In this document: positions 38,202-48,913 of the stretch, one piece after another | How positions within the stretch are numbered: position 1 is the stretch's first letter | Layout of the letters: each line of letters starts with the position of its first letter | Source of the DNA: an uncultured Eubacteriales bacterium | GTDB lineage: Bacteria; Bacillota; Clostridia; Oscillospirales; Acutalibacteraceae | DNA: 64,000 nt | Assembly (NCBI GenBank): GCA_964653925.1 | Contig: CAZZHP010000001.1 | Location: 16,992-80,991 of the forward strand | Direction: 5' to 3' | Made by a program: the position numbers and the translations under genes | Notes under the pieces: model-generated | Told to the model about the DNA's origin: nothing | The model's input: only the letters and a program-made list of their open reading frames with translations | Database searches by the model: none

Positions 38202-38777
38202 TTAACTCTTTTTTAGTTTGGCATCGTTCATAATACCAACATATACGATAAAATATTTTATCAAAGCAAATAACATTAAAAGTGTTGTTATTGAAAACAA
38301 TACTAAATTCAGCAGTTTGCTCTCGTATTGATAAAACGCTTTTAAACAAAAAATTATACAAATCGAAGCATAGAACATCACAGTAGCAAGCTTGCCGTAC
38401 CACTTTGACGGTGGCATAGTTATGCCTGATTTTATAACAGTTATTCCACCTATAATCATAAGAATTTCTTTTGCAAGCAAGACTATCATTAATGGGAATA
38501 TATCTGGGGTCATAAACGATGCACAGATAACTACTGCGAACAAAGTCAATTTATCTGCAAGCGGGTCGAGTATCTTGCCTAAATCTGAGATTTGATTTAA
38601 TTTCCTCGCTATAAACCCATCAACACAGTCGCTTAAACCTGATAGGACTAACATTATTGTTGCAGATGTATATTTGGCAGCAAAAAAATTAGCAATAAAA
38701 GGTATTATGATTAAAATTCTTAAAAATGAAATAATATTCGGAACAGTAAAAATTTTAATATCTGACAATTTTTTCAT
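38202..38777 (-). CDS. pgsA: CDP-diacylglycerol--glycerol-3-phosphate 3-phosphatidyltransferase (CDP-alcohol phosphatidyltransferase family)
   Basis: DCVDGFIARKLNQISDLGKILDPLADK fits the D-x2-DG-x2-AR...G-x3-D-x3-D motif. Multi-TM protein. Confidence 0.8.
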   Translation of the reverse strand: MKKLSDIKIFTVPNIISFLRILIIIPFIANFFAAKYTSATIMLVLSGLSDCVDGFIARKLNQISDLGKILDPLADKLTLFAVVICASFMTPDIFPLMIVLLAKEILMIIGGITVIKSGITMPPSKWYGKLATVMFYASICIIFCLKAFYQYESKLLNLVLFSITTLLMLFALIKYFIVYVGIMNDAKLKKS

Positions 38778-38827
38778 AATAGTATAATTCCTCTATAAGA
38801 TTAGATAAATTTTAATATATAATTGCT

Positions 38828-39475
38828 CTACTTGTTTACAATGGACATTAATTCTCCAATATTTGTATAATAAAAATGTTTAAATAGGTGTGTTGCGTTT
38901 ACATAATCTTCGGTAAAAATTTTTGGAATATTATCTGTCGTAAAAGGCAAAATTTTAATTATGGCAATTACAATCAACAGTATTATTATGCCTTCGCCAA
39001 CACCAAATATTAGCCCTAAAAAAGCATTTATTTTTTTACCAAATGTAAATTTAAAACCTTTGTCTAACAAATTAATAGCGTATTTTACAACAAAGGATAA
39101 CAAAAAAGATAATAAAATAAACATCAGTAACACCAATATATTGATTATTGTTGGTGCGATAGAGTTTTCTGCTGTAATTGCCATTGAGTTTGAAGATTGT
39201 GATATAGCATCATTTAAGTTATTATTATCCGGCGATACCAACCCATTCGTTATTTTTGCCCACATAGACTCAGAATTGTTTGAAAAATATTCTATAATAC
39301 TCTCTTTAAAAAATATATTGTACAAATTACGAGCTAACCAAGGCGATAAAAATAATGAACATATAAAAACTATAAGACGCGAAACAATACCCAACGATGA
39401 TGATACTAACCCCTTATTTAGACCTAATAGTGCAAAAATCACTATTAAAGATATTGCAACCAAATCTAAAAACAC
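38828..39475 (-). CDS. CvpA family membrane protein
   Basis: GTG start 8 nt after AGGAGG. N-terminus FLDLVAISLIVIFALLGLNKGLV is typical of CvpA. 4-5 TM helices. Confidence 0.7.
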   Translation of the reverse strand: MFLDLVAISLIVIFALLGLNKGLVSSSLGIVSRLIVFICSLFLSPWLARNLYNIFFKESIIEYFSNNSESMWAKITNGLVSPDNNNLNDAISQSSNSMAITAENSIAPTIINILVLLMFILLSFLLSFVVKYAINLLDKGFKFTFGKKINAFLGLIFGVGEGIIILLIVIAIIKILPFTTDNIPKIFTEDYVNATHLFKHFYYTNIGELMSIVNK

Positions 39476-39503
39476 TTTCTGTGCCTCCTAAAGCATTAAA
39501 TAA

Positions 39504-40835
39504 TTAATTTTGAGATTCACTTATATCAACCATTCTTATTGTATTAATACCTATAACATAAATATGATTTTCTGATATCATTTTTATGCTTTCTACATCT
39601 ATTCCAACATAATAGGTATACTTCAAGTTGCCTAATTTATCATATTCATAAATGTAACCATCTGATAAAACAGCCACCTTATCTTTGTACATATCTATCG
39701 CAGTAATTTTTAAATCTGTTGAAATTGTATTTTCTTTTACTCCGTTATAATTGTAATAATCTATATCGCACATTCTGCCGTCTCCACTACGGGATAATAC
39801 TACTGTTGTACAGCCTGTATTATCGTTAAAATCGTACTGTGTAAGGGCTTTGTTGCCATATTCGCACAATGTCATGTTTATATTTTTGGTATCATACATT
39901 ACCATATTATTATCGAATATAATACTCGCAATATCACTTGTAATATATTTTATATCATAAACATAGTAATTGTCAAATGTTGTTACTTCTGTCGGCTCTT
40001 CTTTGCTAAAATCAAGCAAATAAATTGCCGATTGTAATACTCCATCATTACTCCTGATGGCACCCACTATTGCTTGATTACCTGATTCGTTTATATCTAC
40101 GCAATAAGCATAATACTCCGAAAAAGAATATCCGTATTTAAAATCTCCCTTACGATTGTAAACACTCAATTTAGATAGATAGGAGTCGGTTGTAGTGATA
40201 AGGGCATAATCGCCATTTTTGTTTATAGTACCAAATATTATATCATTTTCTAATTCATTGTCAAGTAAAACTTGCTTTGTATTTGACAAAGTATATCCGT
40301 TACTATCTAAATTATATATTAAACTGTATTCGCCATCTGTCTTTAAAACAGGTTTAGAATAACGAATTTGTCTGCTATACACATTACCCCCATCTTTCTT
40401 GATGGCTACTGAGTTGGTGTTTGAAACATACGCTAAGTAATCGTTTGAAATCAAACTAATATTGCCTTTATCAATATTAGTACCCACAATATCTACTGGG
40501 AATGTACCATCTTTGGACTTACCTAATAAATCATAGTTAACCCAATCACTTATATAAGCAACCGATAATTTGTCTTTGTTAGCATAACACAGTACACATA
40601 CACCGCACAATACACATAAACCTAACGCTATTAATAAGCGTTTTAATGCTGATTTTTTGTCTTTTTCCGTAATTTCTACTTTTTTTGAATATAAATCTAT
40701 TGCCTCATCATTAAAAGCATATTCGAGGTTCGTAGATTTTTCTTTTGTAGAATTTCTTTTTTTTCTTTGTAATTTATATCGTTCATTGGCGATTTTTGTA
40801 TCCTCGATATTTTTCATGTGTCTATTTTTGTCCAT
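39504..40835 (-). CDS. membrane-anchored hypothetical protein, probable beta-propeller (DUF5711-like)
   Basis: Basic N-terminus, one TM (LLIALGLCVLCGVCVLCYA), then about 350 aa of repetitive beta-strand-like sequence rich in Y/D/N/G. The family name is from memory only. Confidence 0.5.
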   Translation of the reverse strand: MDKNRHMKNIEDTKIANERYKLQRKKRNSTKEKSTNLEYAFNDEAIDLYSKKVEITEKDKKSALKRLLIALGLCVLCGVCVLCYANKDKLSVAYISDWVNYDLLGKSKDGTFPVDIVGTNIDKGNISLISNDYLAYVSNTNSVAIKKDGGNVYSRQIRYSKPVLKTDGEYSLIYNLDSNGYTLSNTKQVLLDNELENDIIFGTINKNGDYALITTTDSYLSKLSVYNRKGDFKYGYSFSEYYAYCVDINESGNQAIVGAIRSNDGVLQSAIYLLDFSKEEPTEVTTFDNYYVYDIKYITSDIASIIFDNNMVMYDTKNINMTLCEYGNKALTQYDFNDNTGCTTVVLSRSGDGRMCDIDYYNYNGVKENTISTDLKITAIDMYKDKVAVLSDGYIYEYDKLGNLKYTYYVGIDVESIKMISENHIYVIGINTIRMVDISESQN

Positions 40836-40864
40836 AATATTTCTTCCACTATCTATAAATTACT

Positions 40865-41623
40865 TTAATAATTAACTTTATTTAAATATAGACCGCACGC
40901 CGGTGCAGTCGGACCGGCAAATTTCCTGTCCATAGCGTTTATTATAGCACCAATACCATCAGGTGCTATCTTGCCCTGTTGAACCCTAAGGAGCGTTCCA
41001 ACAATAATTCGGACCATATTATATAAAAATCCATCACCCTCAATAGTTACAGTAACCATATCGCCTGAGCGTGTAACTGATATAGAATAAATCGTACGAG
41101 TCATATCGCCCTTTTCCCTATTATCAATAGTACAAAATGATGTAAAATTATGCTTACCTACAAAAGACTGTGAAGATTTATTAAGGAGTTCTTCATCAAT
41201 TTTGTAACGATAATGATACGCATAACCTTCCCAAAACGGTGATCTGTTCTCACTGTTCCAAATTTTATATATGTATTGCTTTGACTTACAACTGTATCTT
41301 GCGTGAAAATTAAGTTCAACATCTTGGCAATCAATAACTGCAATAGATTTGGGCAAAAATCTATTTAATGCTATACGCAACCTCTGTGCGGGTATTGTGT
41401 GATTAGTTTGAAAACTTATGCAATAATAGTTTGCATGCACACCTGAGTCTGTACGGCTACAACCCTTTATGTTTGGTCGCTGAGAAATAATCTTTTCAAG
41501 TGCATTTTGGAAAACTTCTTGCACTGTCAATGCGTTCTGCTGAATTTGCCAACCGTGATAGTAATTGCCATCATAACAAATTGTAACAAGCAAATTCCTC
41601 GTTACGGGCAGAATATGTTGCAT
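40865..41623 (-). CDS. truA: tRNA pseudouridine(38-40) synthase
   Basis: ICYDGNYYHGWQIQ, GCSRTDSGVHA and LYNMVRIIVGTL. GGTGGTGA SD. Overlaps the ecfT end by 22 nt. Confidence 0.9.
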   Translation of the reverse strand: MQHILPVTRNLLVTICYDGNYYHGWQIQQNALTVQEVFQNALEKIISQRPNIKGCSRTDSGVHANYYCISFQTNHTIPAQRLRIALNRFLPKSIAVIDCQDVELNFHARYSCKSKQYIYKIWNSENRSPFWEGYAYHYRYKIDEELLNKSSQSFVGKHNFTSFCTIDNREKGDMTRTIYSISVTRSGDMVTVTIEGDGFLYNMVRIIVGTLLRVQQGKIAPDGIGAIINAMDRKFAGPTAPACGLYLNKVNY

Positions 41624-42405
41624 AATATCACCACCACAATAAATACAATTACAATGGACAAACTAACAAAATCAAGCGTTTGTAATTTCAGGACCTTCAT
41701 TCTGGTTCTCCCATTACCGCCATGATAACAACGGCACTCCATTGCGGTCGCGAGCTCGTATGCCCTCCTAAAAGCAGACACAAAAAGCGGTATAAGTATA
41801 GGAACAAGTGCTTTAATTCTGCTTATTACTCCACCGCTCTCTATATCAGCACCACGGGCCTTTTGGGCTTGCATAATTTTGTCAGTTTCTTCGAGTAGTG
41901 TAGGTATAAAACGCAGGGCAATAGTCATCATCATTGCTGTTTCGTGCACTTTTATATGGAATATAGTTAAAGGTTTAAGCAAACTCTCAATAGCATCAGT
42001 CAAATCGGTAGGCGAAGTTGTAAAGGTTAAAATTGAACTTACCAAAATAAGCGATATAATTCTTACAACTATAAAAATAGAATTCCTGATACCGTTAGCG
42101 GTTATACTTAAAATGCCATACTGCCAAATCGGCTCACCGGTGCCGTAAAATAAATTAAGTAAAGAAGTGAAAATAACTATAAAAATTATAGTTTTTAAAC
42201 TTTTTAGGTATAACTTAAAAGGAACACCACTCATAAGCACCATAGCAATTATACCAGACGCAGTAGCAACAAGTGCCGTATAACTAAAAGTGCAGAAAAT
42301 CATTATCATAATAACCGTTAAAATGACAATTTTCATCCTTGCATCTAATCTATGAAATATGCTTTTGGCAGGGAAATATTGACCCAGTGTAACATCTCTT
42401 ATCAA
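41602..42405 (-). CDS. ecfT: energy-coupling factor transporter transmembrane component
   Basis: TLGQYFPAKSIFHRLDARMKI N-terminus and ARGAD coupling helices. TTG start 1 nt after the ecfA2 stop. Confidence 0.9.
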   Translation of the reverse strand: MIRDVTLGQYFPAKSIFHRLDARMKIVILTVIMIMIFCTFSYTALVATASGIIAMVLMSGVPFKLYLKSLKTIIFIVIFTSLLNLFYGTGEPIWQYGILSITANGIRNSIFIVVRIISLILVSSILTFTTSPTDLTDAIESLLKPLTIFHIKVHETAMMMTIALRFIPTLLEETDKIMQAQKARGADIESGGVISRIKALVPILIPLFVSAFRRAYELATAMECRCYHGGNGRTRMKVLKLQTLDFVSLSIVIVFIVVVILCNIFCP

Positions 42406-42406
42406 T

Positions 42407-43270
42407 TTAGTTTCCCCTTTCGCCTATTAATTTTATAATCTCATAAGTTGCCTGCTCTACTGTTAATATACCGTCAGGCAGATTATAACCTCTTTGTCGG
42501 AGTGTTGACATAACTTTGGTTATTTGCGGAACACGCAACCCCATACTTTCGAGTTCATCTGGGCGTGAAAATATATTTTTTGTATTATCATACATAGCAA
42601 GTTTGGACTTATTCATAACAATAACCTTGTCTGTAACCTTTGCTATATCCTCCATACTGTGTGAAACAAGCAGGACCGTATTATTACTCTCTTTATGATA
42701 TTTGTATATTTGATTTAACAGTGTTTCCTTTCCTATTGGATCGAGTCCTGCATTTGGTTCGTCAAGAATTAAAATCTCGGGGTTCATAGCAATTACTCCT
42801 GCTATGGCAGCCCTACGCTTTTCGCCACCTGATAATTCAAATGGAGATTTTTGCAAAAGTCCATCACTAAGACCGACAAATTTTGCGGCTTTGCGAACCC
42901 GACTATCAAGTTCCTCGCCCGTTAATTTCATATTAGTCGGGCCAAAGGCTATATCCTTATATACAGTTTCCTCAAAAAGTTGGTACTCAGGATATTGAAA
43001 TACAAGTCCAACTCTAAATCTAATATCTCTTAATTTTTTTGGTTCAGCATATATATCGTTGTTATCTACAAAAACTTTACCGCTTGTCGGAGTAATAAGT
43101 CCGTTAAGCATCTGAATTAATGTAGATTTACCCGAGCCTGTATGCCCTATTATCCCGATAAAATCACCTTTGTTTACAGAGAAACTAACATCATCGACAG
43201 CTTTTTTCTCAAAAGGAGTTCCTTTGCCGTAAATAAAATTAAGATTTTCTACTCTTAATATTTCGCTCAA
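42407..43270 (-). CDS. ecfA2: energy-coupling factor transporter ATPase (second subunit)
   Basis: [17 protein letters not shown] and ILILDEP. TTG 43270 overlaps the TGA stop of ecfA1 (TTGA). The ORF-track extension to 43300 runs inside ecfA1. Confidence 0.9.
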   Translation of the reverse strand: MSEILRVENLNFIYGKGTPFEKKAVDDVSFSVNKGDFIGIIGHTGSGKSTLIQMLNGLITPTSGKVFVDNNDIYAEPKKLRDIRFRVGLVFQYPEYQLFEETVYKDIAFGPTNMKLTGEELDSRVRKAAKFVGLSDGLLQKSPFELSGGEKRRAAIAGVIAMNPEILILDEPNAGLDPIGKETLLNQIYKYHKESNNTVLLVSHSMEDIAKVTDKVIVMNKSKLAMYDNTKNIFSRPDELESMGLRVPQITKVMSTLRQRGYNLPDGILTVEQATYEIIKLIGERGN

Positions 43271-44121
43271 TTTAGAACACCTCCCAAGACTTCCAAACAT
43301 TCTGTTTCATTTAGTGGGAGCTGTGATATTTTTATCCCAAGTTTTTGCAAATTGTATGCAAGTTCGGTAACTTGCGGTACATCAAGTCTATGTCTTTTAA
43401 GTGAATCAACTTGTGCAAAAACCTCTTTTGGTGAACCGTGTGTTAATATTTTGCCTTTATCCATAACAATAACTCTATCAGCATTTACTGCTTCATCCAT
43501 ATAATGAGTTATTAGAATAATTGTAATATTTTGCTCTTTGTTAAGTCTATGTATAGTATCTAAAACTTCCTGCCTGCCACGAGGGTCCAACATAGCAGTC
43601 GGTTCATCTAATACAATACAGTCTGGTTGCATAGCAAGTATTCCTGCGATAGCGACTCTCTGCTTTTGTCCTCCACTTAATTTATGTGGTGCGTGCAGGC
43701 GGTAATCATACATATTTACAGCTTTTAGGGCATTATCTACCCTTATACGAATTTCTGATGGTTCCATGCCCAAATTCTCCGGACCAAAGGCAACATCTTC
43801 TTCAACAATACTTGCTACAAGCTGGTTATCGGGATTTTGCAACACTAAACCTACTTTTTTGCGTATTTCAAAACATTTTTCTTCGTTTGAGGTATCTAAG
43901 CCATCGACAATAACTCTGCCCTGCTTTGGTAATAACAAGGCATTAAAGTGCTTTGCCATAGTTGATTTACCGCAACCATTATGCCCAAGTAATGCAATAA
44001 ATTCACCCTTTTGTATAGAAAGAGTTACATTGTCTAAAACTTTTGTTTTGATGTCATTATTAGAATTTTCTTCATTTTCATAATAAAAAGAAACATTCTG
44101 TACATTAATAAATTTATCCAT
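43267..44121 (-). CDS. ecfA1: energy-coupling factor transporter ATPase (first subunit)
   Basis: [17 protein letters not shown] and CIVLDEP. ATG 44121 is 8 nt after AAGGA. TTG 44127 abuts the SD. Confidence 0.9.
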   Translation of the reverse strand: MDKFINVQNVSFYYENEENSNNDIKTKVLDNVTLSIQKGEFIALLGHNGCGKSTMAKHFNALLLPKQGRVIVDGLDTSNEEKCFEIRKKVGLVLQNPDNQLVASIVEEDVAFGPENLGMEPSEIRIRVDNALKAVNMYDYRLHAPHKLSGGQKQRVAIAGILAMQPDCIVLDEPTAMLDPRGRQEVLDTIHRLNKEQNITIILITHYMDEAVNADRVIVMDKGKILTHGSPKEVFAQVDSLKRHRLDVPQVTELAYNLQKLGIKISQLPLNETECLEVLGGVLN

Positions 44122-44192
44122 TATCAAATTCCTTTGTATAGTATCGCCCTTGTTAAAGGTGCGGTCTTACATAAAAATATTGTAAATAATTG

Positions 44193-45065
44193 TTATTTAT
44201 GCCAAATTGCAGTTGAACCGCAAGGTAGCACAAAGCCACTTTGAGTTACCTTTAAACCTATTTCATCAGATGTTATTTTACCGCCACGGCGTTTCTGTAA
44301 AATAACACCAAGTAAGTACTCCATAACTGATGGTGAAAGTCCTGTTGTATAGGAATTAAGTATAAAGAAGTTTGCGTCATCTGACAGTATCGAATTGCAC
44401 ATTGTAACAAGATTAAATAATTGCTCCTCTAACTTCCAAATTTCACCGTTTGGACCCCTGCCATAAGATGGTGGGTCCATAATAATTCCATCATATTTAT
44501 TGCCCCTGCGTTGTTCACGGGCAACAAACTTAATGCAATCATCTACAAGCCACCTAACAGGTTTATCGGCAAGACCACTCAAATTTGCATTTTCTCTTGC
44601 CCACTGTACCATACCCTTTGAAGCGTCAACGTGGCAAACTTTTGCACCTGCCGACATACATGCAAGAGTTGCACAGCCTGTATATCCAAATAAATTTAGT
44701 ATATTTAATTGTTTATTATTAGCTTTTTCTTTTTTTATTATATCGGTTACAAAGTCCCAATTAGTTGCTTGTTCTGGGAATATTCCCGTGTGTTTAAACC
44801 CCATTGGTTTTATATTAAATACTAAATCTTTATAATTAATTTGCCACTGAGCAGGAATTTCTTTGTATTTCTCCCACGCTCCACCACCGCTATTAGAGCG
44901 GTGATAACGAGCGTGAGCCTGAGTCCAAAGTTGATTTTTGCGTGGTGTTTCCCAAATAATTTGCGGATCTGGTCGAATAAGTATAATGTTGCCCCACCGT
45001 TCTAATCTCTCGCCGTTAGAGGCATCTATAAGTTCATAATCTTTCCAGTTATCTGCAATTCTCAT
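44193..45065 (-). CDS. class I SAM-dependent methyltransferase (RlmI/YwbD-type catalytic domain, no PUA domain)
   Basis: LNLFGYTGCATLA (motif I), DASK and IIMDPPSYGRG (motif IV D/N-PP-Y/F). Confidence 0.7.
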   Translation of the reverse strand: MRIADNWKDYELIDASNGERLERWGNIILIRPDPQIIWETPRKNQLWTQAHARYHRSNSGGGAWEKYKEIPAQWQINYKDLVFNIKPMGFKHTGIFPEQATNWDFVTDIIKKEKANNKQLNILNLFGYTGCATLACMSAGAKVCHVDASKGMVQWARENANLSGLADKPVRWLVDDCIKFVAREQRRGNKYDGIIMDPPSYGRGPNGEIWKLEEQLFNLVTMCNSILSDDANFFILNSYTTGLSPSVMEYLLGVILQKRRGGKITSDEIGLKVTQSGFVLPCGSTAIWHK

Positions 45066-45083
45066 TTATATCTTTCCTTTTAA

Positions 45084-46436
45084 TTAAGACAATTTATTTT
45101 TAATAAAATCTGCTGTTTCATGGGCGAGCGAAGTGATAAATTCTATGTCCTTGCCCTCTATCATTACACGAATAAGCGGTTCTGTACCCGATGTACGGAC
45201 AATTATCCTACCTTCATCGCCTAATATCTCTGTAACTCTTTTGATTTCTGCCTTGATTTCTTTATCTGTATAGAAACGGGTTTTGCCCTCGTGCGATACT
45301 TTAACATTTACAAGCACCTGTGGATAACGCTCCATAATACTCGCAAGTTCGGATAACTTTTTATTGCTGCGGGCTATAACGCTCAAAAGTTGTATACCTG
45401 TAAGTTGACCATCACCTGTTGTTATATTATCAAGGTATATTATGTGTCCTGATTGCTCACCACCAATATTATAACCATCAAGTAACATTGTTTCAAGCAC
45501 ATATCTGTCACCGACTTTGGTAGAAATAAAGTTAATATTGTTATCCTTGCAAAATTTGATAAAGCCCATATTACTCATAATTGTACCAACGACAGTATTA
45601 TTTTTGAGTTTACCCCTGCTTAGCATATCTTTGGCACAAATAGCAAGTATAAAATCACCATCAACAATATTACCTTTTTCATCAACGGCAAGGCATCTAT
45701 CAGAATCACCGTCAAATGCCAAACCGCAGTCAAGGTTATTTTCTACAACATACTTGCGTAGATTATCAATATTAGTAGAACCACAGTTATCGTTTATATT
45801 TTTTCCGTCCGGTTTATCAGACAATATATGGCAGGTTGCACCGAGTGACTCATATATAAGCCTTGCGGTGTGTGATGCTGAACCATTAGCACAATCAAGA
45901 GCAATATTCATACCGTCAAATCTATTCTCGGTAGTTGAAATTACAAAATTAACATAATCATTGAGTGCTGTTTCGGATATATCACTGACCGTACCAACAA
46001 TATGGTTAGCAGGTTTATCGTATGCCCTAACTTTATCAATTATTATTGCTTCTATCTCTTCTTCGAGGTCATCAGGCAATTTGAAACCATCTTCGTTAAA
46101 AATCTTTATTCCATTAAATTCAAACGGATTATGTGATGCAGAAATCATAATACCTGCATCTGCATTGTATTTTGAGATTAAATAAGCAACAGCCGGTGTT
46201 GGTATTTGACCCAAAAGTTTAACATTAACTCCAACACTGCAAAGTCCTGCAATCAAAGCACCCTCAATCATATTGCCTGATATACGGGTATCCCTGCCAA
46301 TAAGCACAGTAGGGTGCTGTACATCTTTGCCTATGATAACCATAGCCGCCGCTTTACCAATATCCATAGCGAGTTCCGTTGTTAAGTCGATATTCGCTAC
46401 GCCTCTAACGCCGTCTGTACCAAATAATCTGCCCAT
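45084..46436 (-). CDS. glmM: phosphoglucosamine mutase
   Basis: MGRLFGTDGVRG, active-site ISASHNPFEFNGIK, DGDSDR and GGEQSGH. GGAGG SD. Confidence 0.95.
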   Translation of the reverse strand: MGRLFGTDGVRGVANIDLTTELAMDIGKAAAMVIIGKDVQHPTVLIGRDTRISGNMIEGALIAGLCSVGVNVKLLGQIPTPAVAYLISKYNADAGIMISASHNPFEFNGIKIFNEDGFKLPDDLEEEIEAIIIDKVRAYDKPANHIVGTVSDISETALNDYVNFVISTTENRFDGMNIALDCANGSASHTARLIYESLGATCHILSDKPDGKNINDNCGSTNIDNLRKYVVENNLDCGLAFDGDSDRCLAVDEKGNIVDGDFILAICAKDMLSRGKLKNNTVVGTIMSNMGFIKFCKDNNINFISTKVGDRYVLETMLLDGYNIGGEQSGHIIYLDNITTGDGQLTGIQLLSVIARSNKKLSELASIMERYPQVLVNVKVSHEGKTRFYTDKEIKAEIKRVTEILGDEGRIIVRTSGTEPLIRVMIEGKDIEFITSLAHETADFIKNKLS

Positions 46437-46499
46437 AATAAAACCTCCAAAAAATAAACTTTACTATATAGTATAAACATAATATTTTAAAATATTAAA

Positions 46500-47561
46500 T
46501 CAATTAAATAAAGTTCCTTGTTCTTTTGATGTTTCTCCAAATTCTATACCTATATGTTTGTATGCTTTGGCAGTAACACATCTGCCCCTCGGGGTTCTAT
46601 TTATAAATCCTATCTGCATAAGGTAAGGCTCACAGACATCTTCAATAGTTACTGACTCCTCACCTATGGCAGCAGCCAATGTTTCAAGTCCAACAGGCCC
46701 GCCTTTGTAATATTTAATCATAGCCTCTAACATACGCCTATCGTTACTATCCAAACCTATCTCATCTATGCCTAATCTTTCAAGTGCTATTTGTGCAGTC
46801 TGTTTAGTAATAATACCGTTGCTCATAATTTGTGCAAAATCTCGGACACGCTTGAGCAATCTGTTAGCAATACGAGGTGTTCCACGGGAACGGGAGGCTA
46901 TCTCTATTGCACCATCTTCCTCTATATTTATGCCCAAAATACCAGCACTACGGGTTATTATAGCAGCTAATTCCTGTGTAGTATATAATTCTAATCTTAA
47001 CACTACACCAAACCTATCACGCAACGGTGCTGTTAATTGACCTGCACGGGTTGTCGCACCTACAAGCGTAAAATGCGGTAGCGGTAAATGATAAGATGTA
47101 GCCATCTGTCCCTTGCCTGTGATTATATCTAATGCAAAGTCCTCCATAGCAGGGTATAATATTTCCTCGACATTTCTACTTAATCTATGTATTTCATCAA
47201 TAAACAGTACATCACCTGAATTAAGATTTGTCAATATTGATGCTAAATCTCCTGGCTTTTCGATAGCAGGTCCTGAGGTTATCCTAAATGAAACTCCAAG
47301 TTCATTTGCTATTATCTGTGATAATGTCGTTTTACCCAATCCTGGTGGACCGTACAAGAGTACATGGTCTAAACTCTCGCCACGCTGTTTGGCTGCCTCA
47401 ATAAAAATTTTAAGATTTTCTTTGACAGTTTCTTGACCGATATACTCATCAAGTGTTTTTGGCCTGATTGAATTATCAGATTCTATTTTATCCGATGGAA
47501 TTTCTGCCGAATCAACTATTCTGTTTTCAAAATCAAAATCATCTGTAAATTCTATGCTCAT
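46500..47561 (-). CDS. ruvB: Holliday junction branch migration helicase RuvB
   Basis: [29 protein letters not shown] and TPRIANRLL. Confidence 0.97.
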   Translation of the reverse strand: MSIEFTDDFDFENRIVDSAEIPSDKIESDNSIRPKTLDEYIGQETVKENLKIFIEAAKQRGESLDHVLLYGPPGLGKTTLSQIIANELGVSFRITSGPAIEKPGDLASILTNLNSGDVLFIDEIHRLSRNVEEILYPAMEDFALDIITGKGQMATSYHLPLPHFTLVGATTRAGQLTAPLRDRFGVVLRLELYTTQELAAIITRSAGILGINIEEDGAIEIASRSRGTPRIANRLLKRVRDFAQIMSNGIITKQTAQIALERLGIDEIGLDSNDRRMLEAMIKYYKGGPVGLETLAAAIGEESVTIEDVCEPYLMQIGFINRTPRGRCVTAKAYKHIGIEFGETSKEQGTLFN

Positions 47562-48160
47562 ATCTTACTACCCATCTTCTTGAGAGTTTCCCCTATTAGC
47601 CTTTCAACTGGCATAGAAGAATCAAGTGTATATAAAATTGGTGATACATCAGATGATGAATATCCCAAAACCATCAATGCCTCAATAGCCTTTGAATAAT
47701 TGCCTGTATTAACGATTATTTGTTGATTATGGTTATTAGTAGTGTTATCACTATCCGATATCTTCGCTATTTTATCTTTTAATTCTAAAATTATTCGCTG
47801 GGCAATCTTGTTGCCAACACCGTTTGCTTTGCTAATCATTTTAGCATCTGATGAAGCAACTGCAATAGCAACTTGTTCCGGCGAGAGAATTGATAGTATA
47901 GATAAACCCGCTTTTGGTCCTACACCATTAACAGAAATAAGCATTTTGAAGGTAGATAACTCTGTTAATGTAGAAAACCCATAAAGTTCTATTGCGTCCT
48001 CTCTAACATTCATATATGTATACAAGGTGTTTTCAGAATCAAGTTTAATATCACGCTGAGTATTAAGTGTAGTTTGGCATCTGTAACCAACACCACCACA
48101 TTCTATAACGGCGATACCGCTCTCTATATGTATTAGTTTACCTCTTAAAGAATAATACAT
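47558..48160 (-). CDS. ruvA: Holliday junction DNA-binding protein RuvA
   Basis: MYYSLRGKL...GGVGY, HhH motif [17 protein letters not shown] and [15 protein letters not shown]. 4-nt overlap with ruvB. Confidence 0.9.
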   Translation of the reverse strand: MYYSLRGKLIHIESGIAVIECGGVGYRCQTTLNTQRDIKLDSENTLYTYMNVREDAIELYGFSTLTELSTFKMLISVNGVGPKAGLSILSILSPEQVAIAVASSDAKMISKANGVGNKIAQRIILELKDKIAKISDSDNTTNNHNQQIIVNTGNYSKAIEALMVLGYSSSDVSPILYTLDSSMPVERLIGETLKKMGSKI

Positions 48161-48673
48161 CTATATAATTCCTCGCTTAACCATATTTATTCTTGTGTTA
48201 CTACCTACCGAATTTATATGACAAACCGCTATTGCCAGAGCGTCAGCGGTATCATCTGGTTTGGGTACTTCTGCAAGTTTTAATAATCGCCTTGTCATAT
48301 CCATAATTTGTGATTTTTTCGCTCTGCCATATCCTGTAACGGCAGTTTTGACCTGTAACGGTGTGTATTCAAATATTGGTATTTTAAATTTTTGTGCTGC
48401 AAGCAAAATTACACCACGTGCCTCAGCGACCATAATAGCAGTCTTTTGATTATTCTGGAAGTATAGTTTCTCTATGGCTAATGCGTCAGGTTTATATTTG
48501 TTAATAATAACTACTGTCTCGTTATATATTGTTTCAAGCCTTGAATTAAAGTCTGTATCCGAATTGGTAGTTATAGCACCAAATCCAATAGGTGAATAAT
48601 CGTTATTATTTATTACCCTTACCGCACCAAAGCCAATAATAGCATAACCTGGGTCTATTCCGAGTACAACCAT
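48161..48673 (-). CDS. ruvC: crossover junction endodeoxyribonuclease RuvC
   Basis: VLGIDPGYAIIGFG, AIEKLYF and DDTADALAIAVCH. AAGGAG SD. Confidence 0.9.
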   Translation of the reverse strand: MVVLGIDPGYAIIGFGAVRVINNNDYSPIGFGAITTNSDTDFNSRLETIYNETVVIINKYKPDALAIEKLYFQNNQKTAIMVAEARGVILLAAQKFKIPIFEYTPLQVKTAVTGYGRAKKSQIMDMTRRLLKLAEVPKPDDTADALAIAVCHINSVGSNTRINMVKRGII

Positions 48674-48841
48674 AAATACTCCTTAATACATAATAATCTT
48701 ATTGTATTATAGCATAATAGTGCTATTTTATCAAGACTTTTCGAAATATATTTTATATCCTTTTTGTTATATAAATATAAAAAATTTTAAATTATTTTTT
48801 TATAAATTTTTAAAGGAATTTAAAATTTAATGTAAAAGATA

Positions 48842-48870
48842 TTGTTAATTTTTAGAATTTATGATATACT
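48842..48870 (+). promoter_or_regulatory. candidate extended -10 sigma-A promoter (TTGTTA-17-TGaTATACT)
   Basis: -35 at 48842-48847, TG at 48862-48863, -10 at 48865-48870, 44 nt upstream of the phospho-sugar mutase ATG. Confidence 0.4.
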
Positions 48871-48913
48871 ATCAATAGTATTAAAATAACCACTAATTTT
48901 AGGAGGACTTGAT

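Noticed and set aside
38053-38403. A 116-aa minus-strand ORF spanning the pgsA end and the clpC-like start.
   Set aside because: It is out of frame with both real genes and overlaps their SD and start regions. The composition looks like frame-shifted coding sequence.
48674-48913. A 240-bp AT-rich divergent intergenic region with short A/T palindromes (for example TAAATTTT...AAAATTTA), considered as a possible ncRNA or replication-origin-like element.
   Set aside because: There are no DnaA-box clusters, no GC-containing stems and no conserved-looking core. It is consistent with two back-to-back promoters with UP-like A/T tracts.
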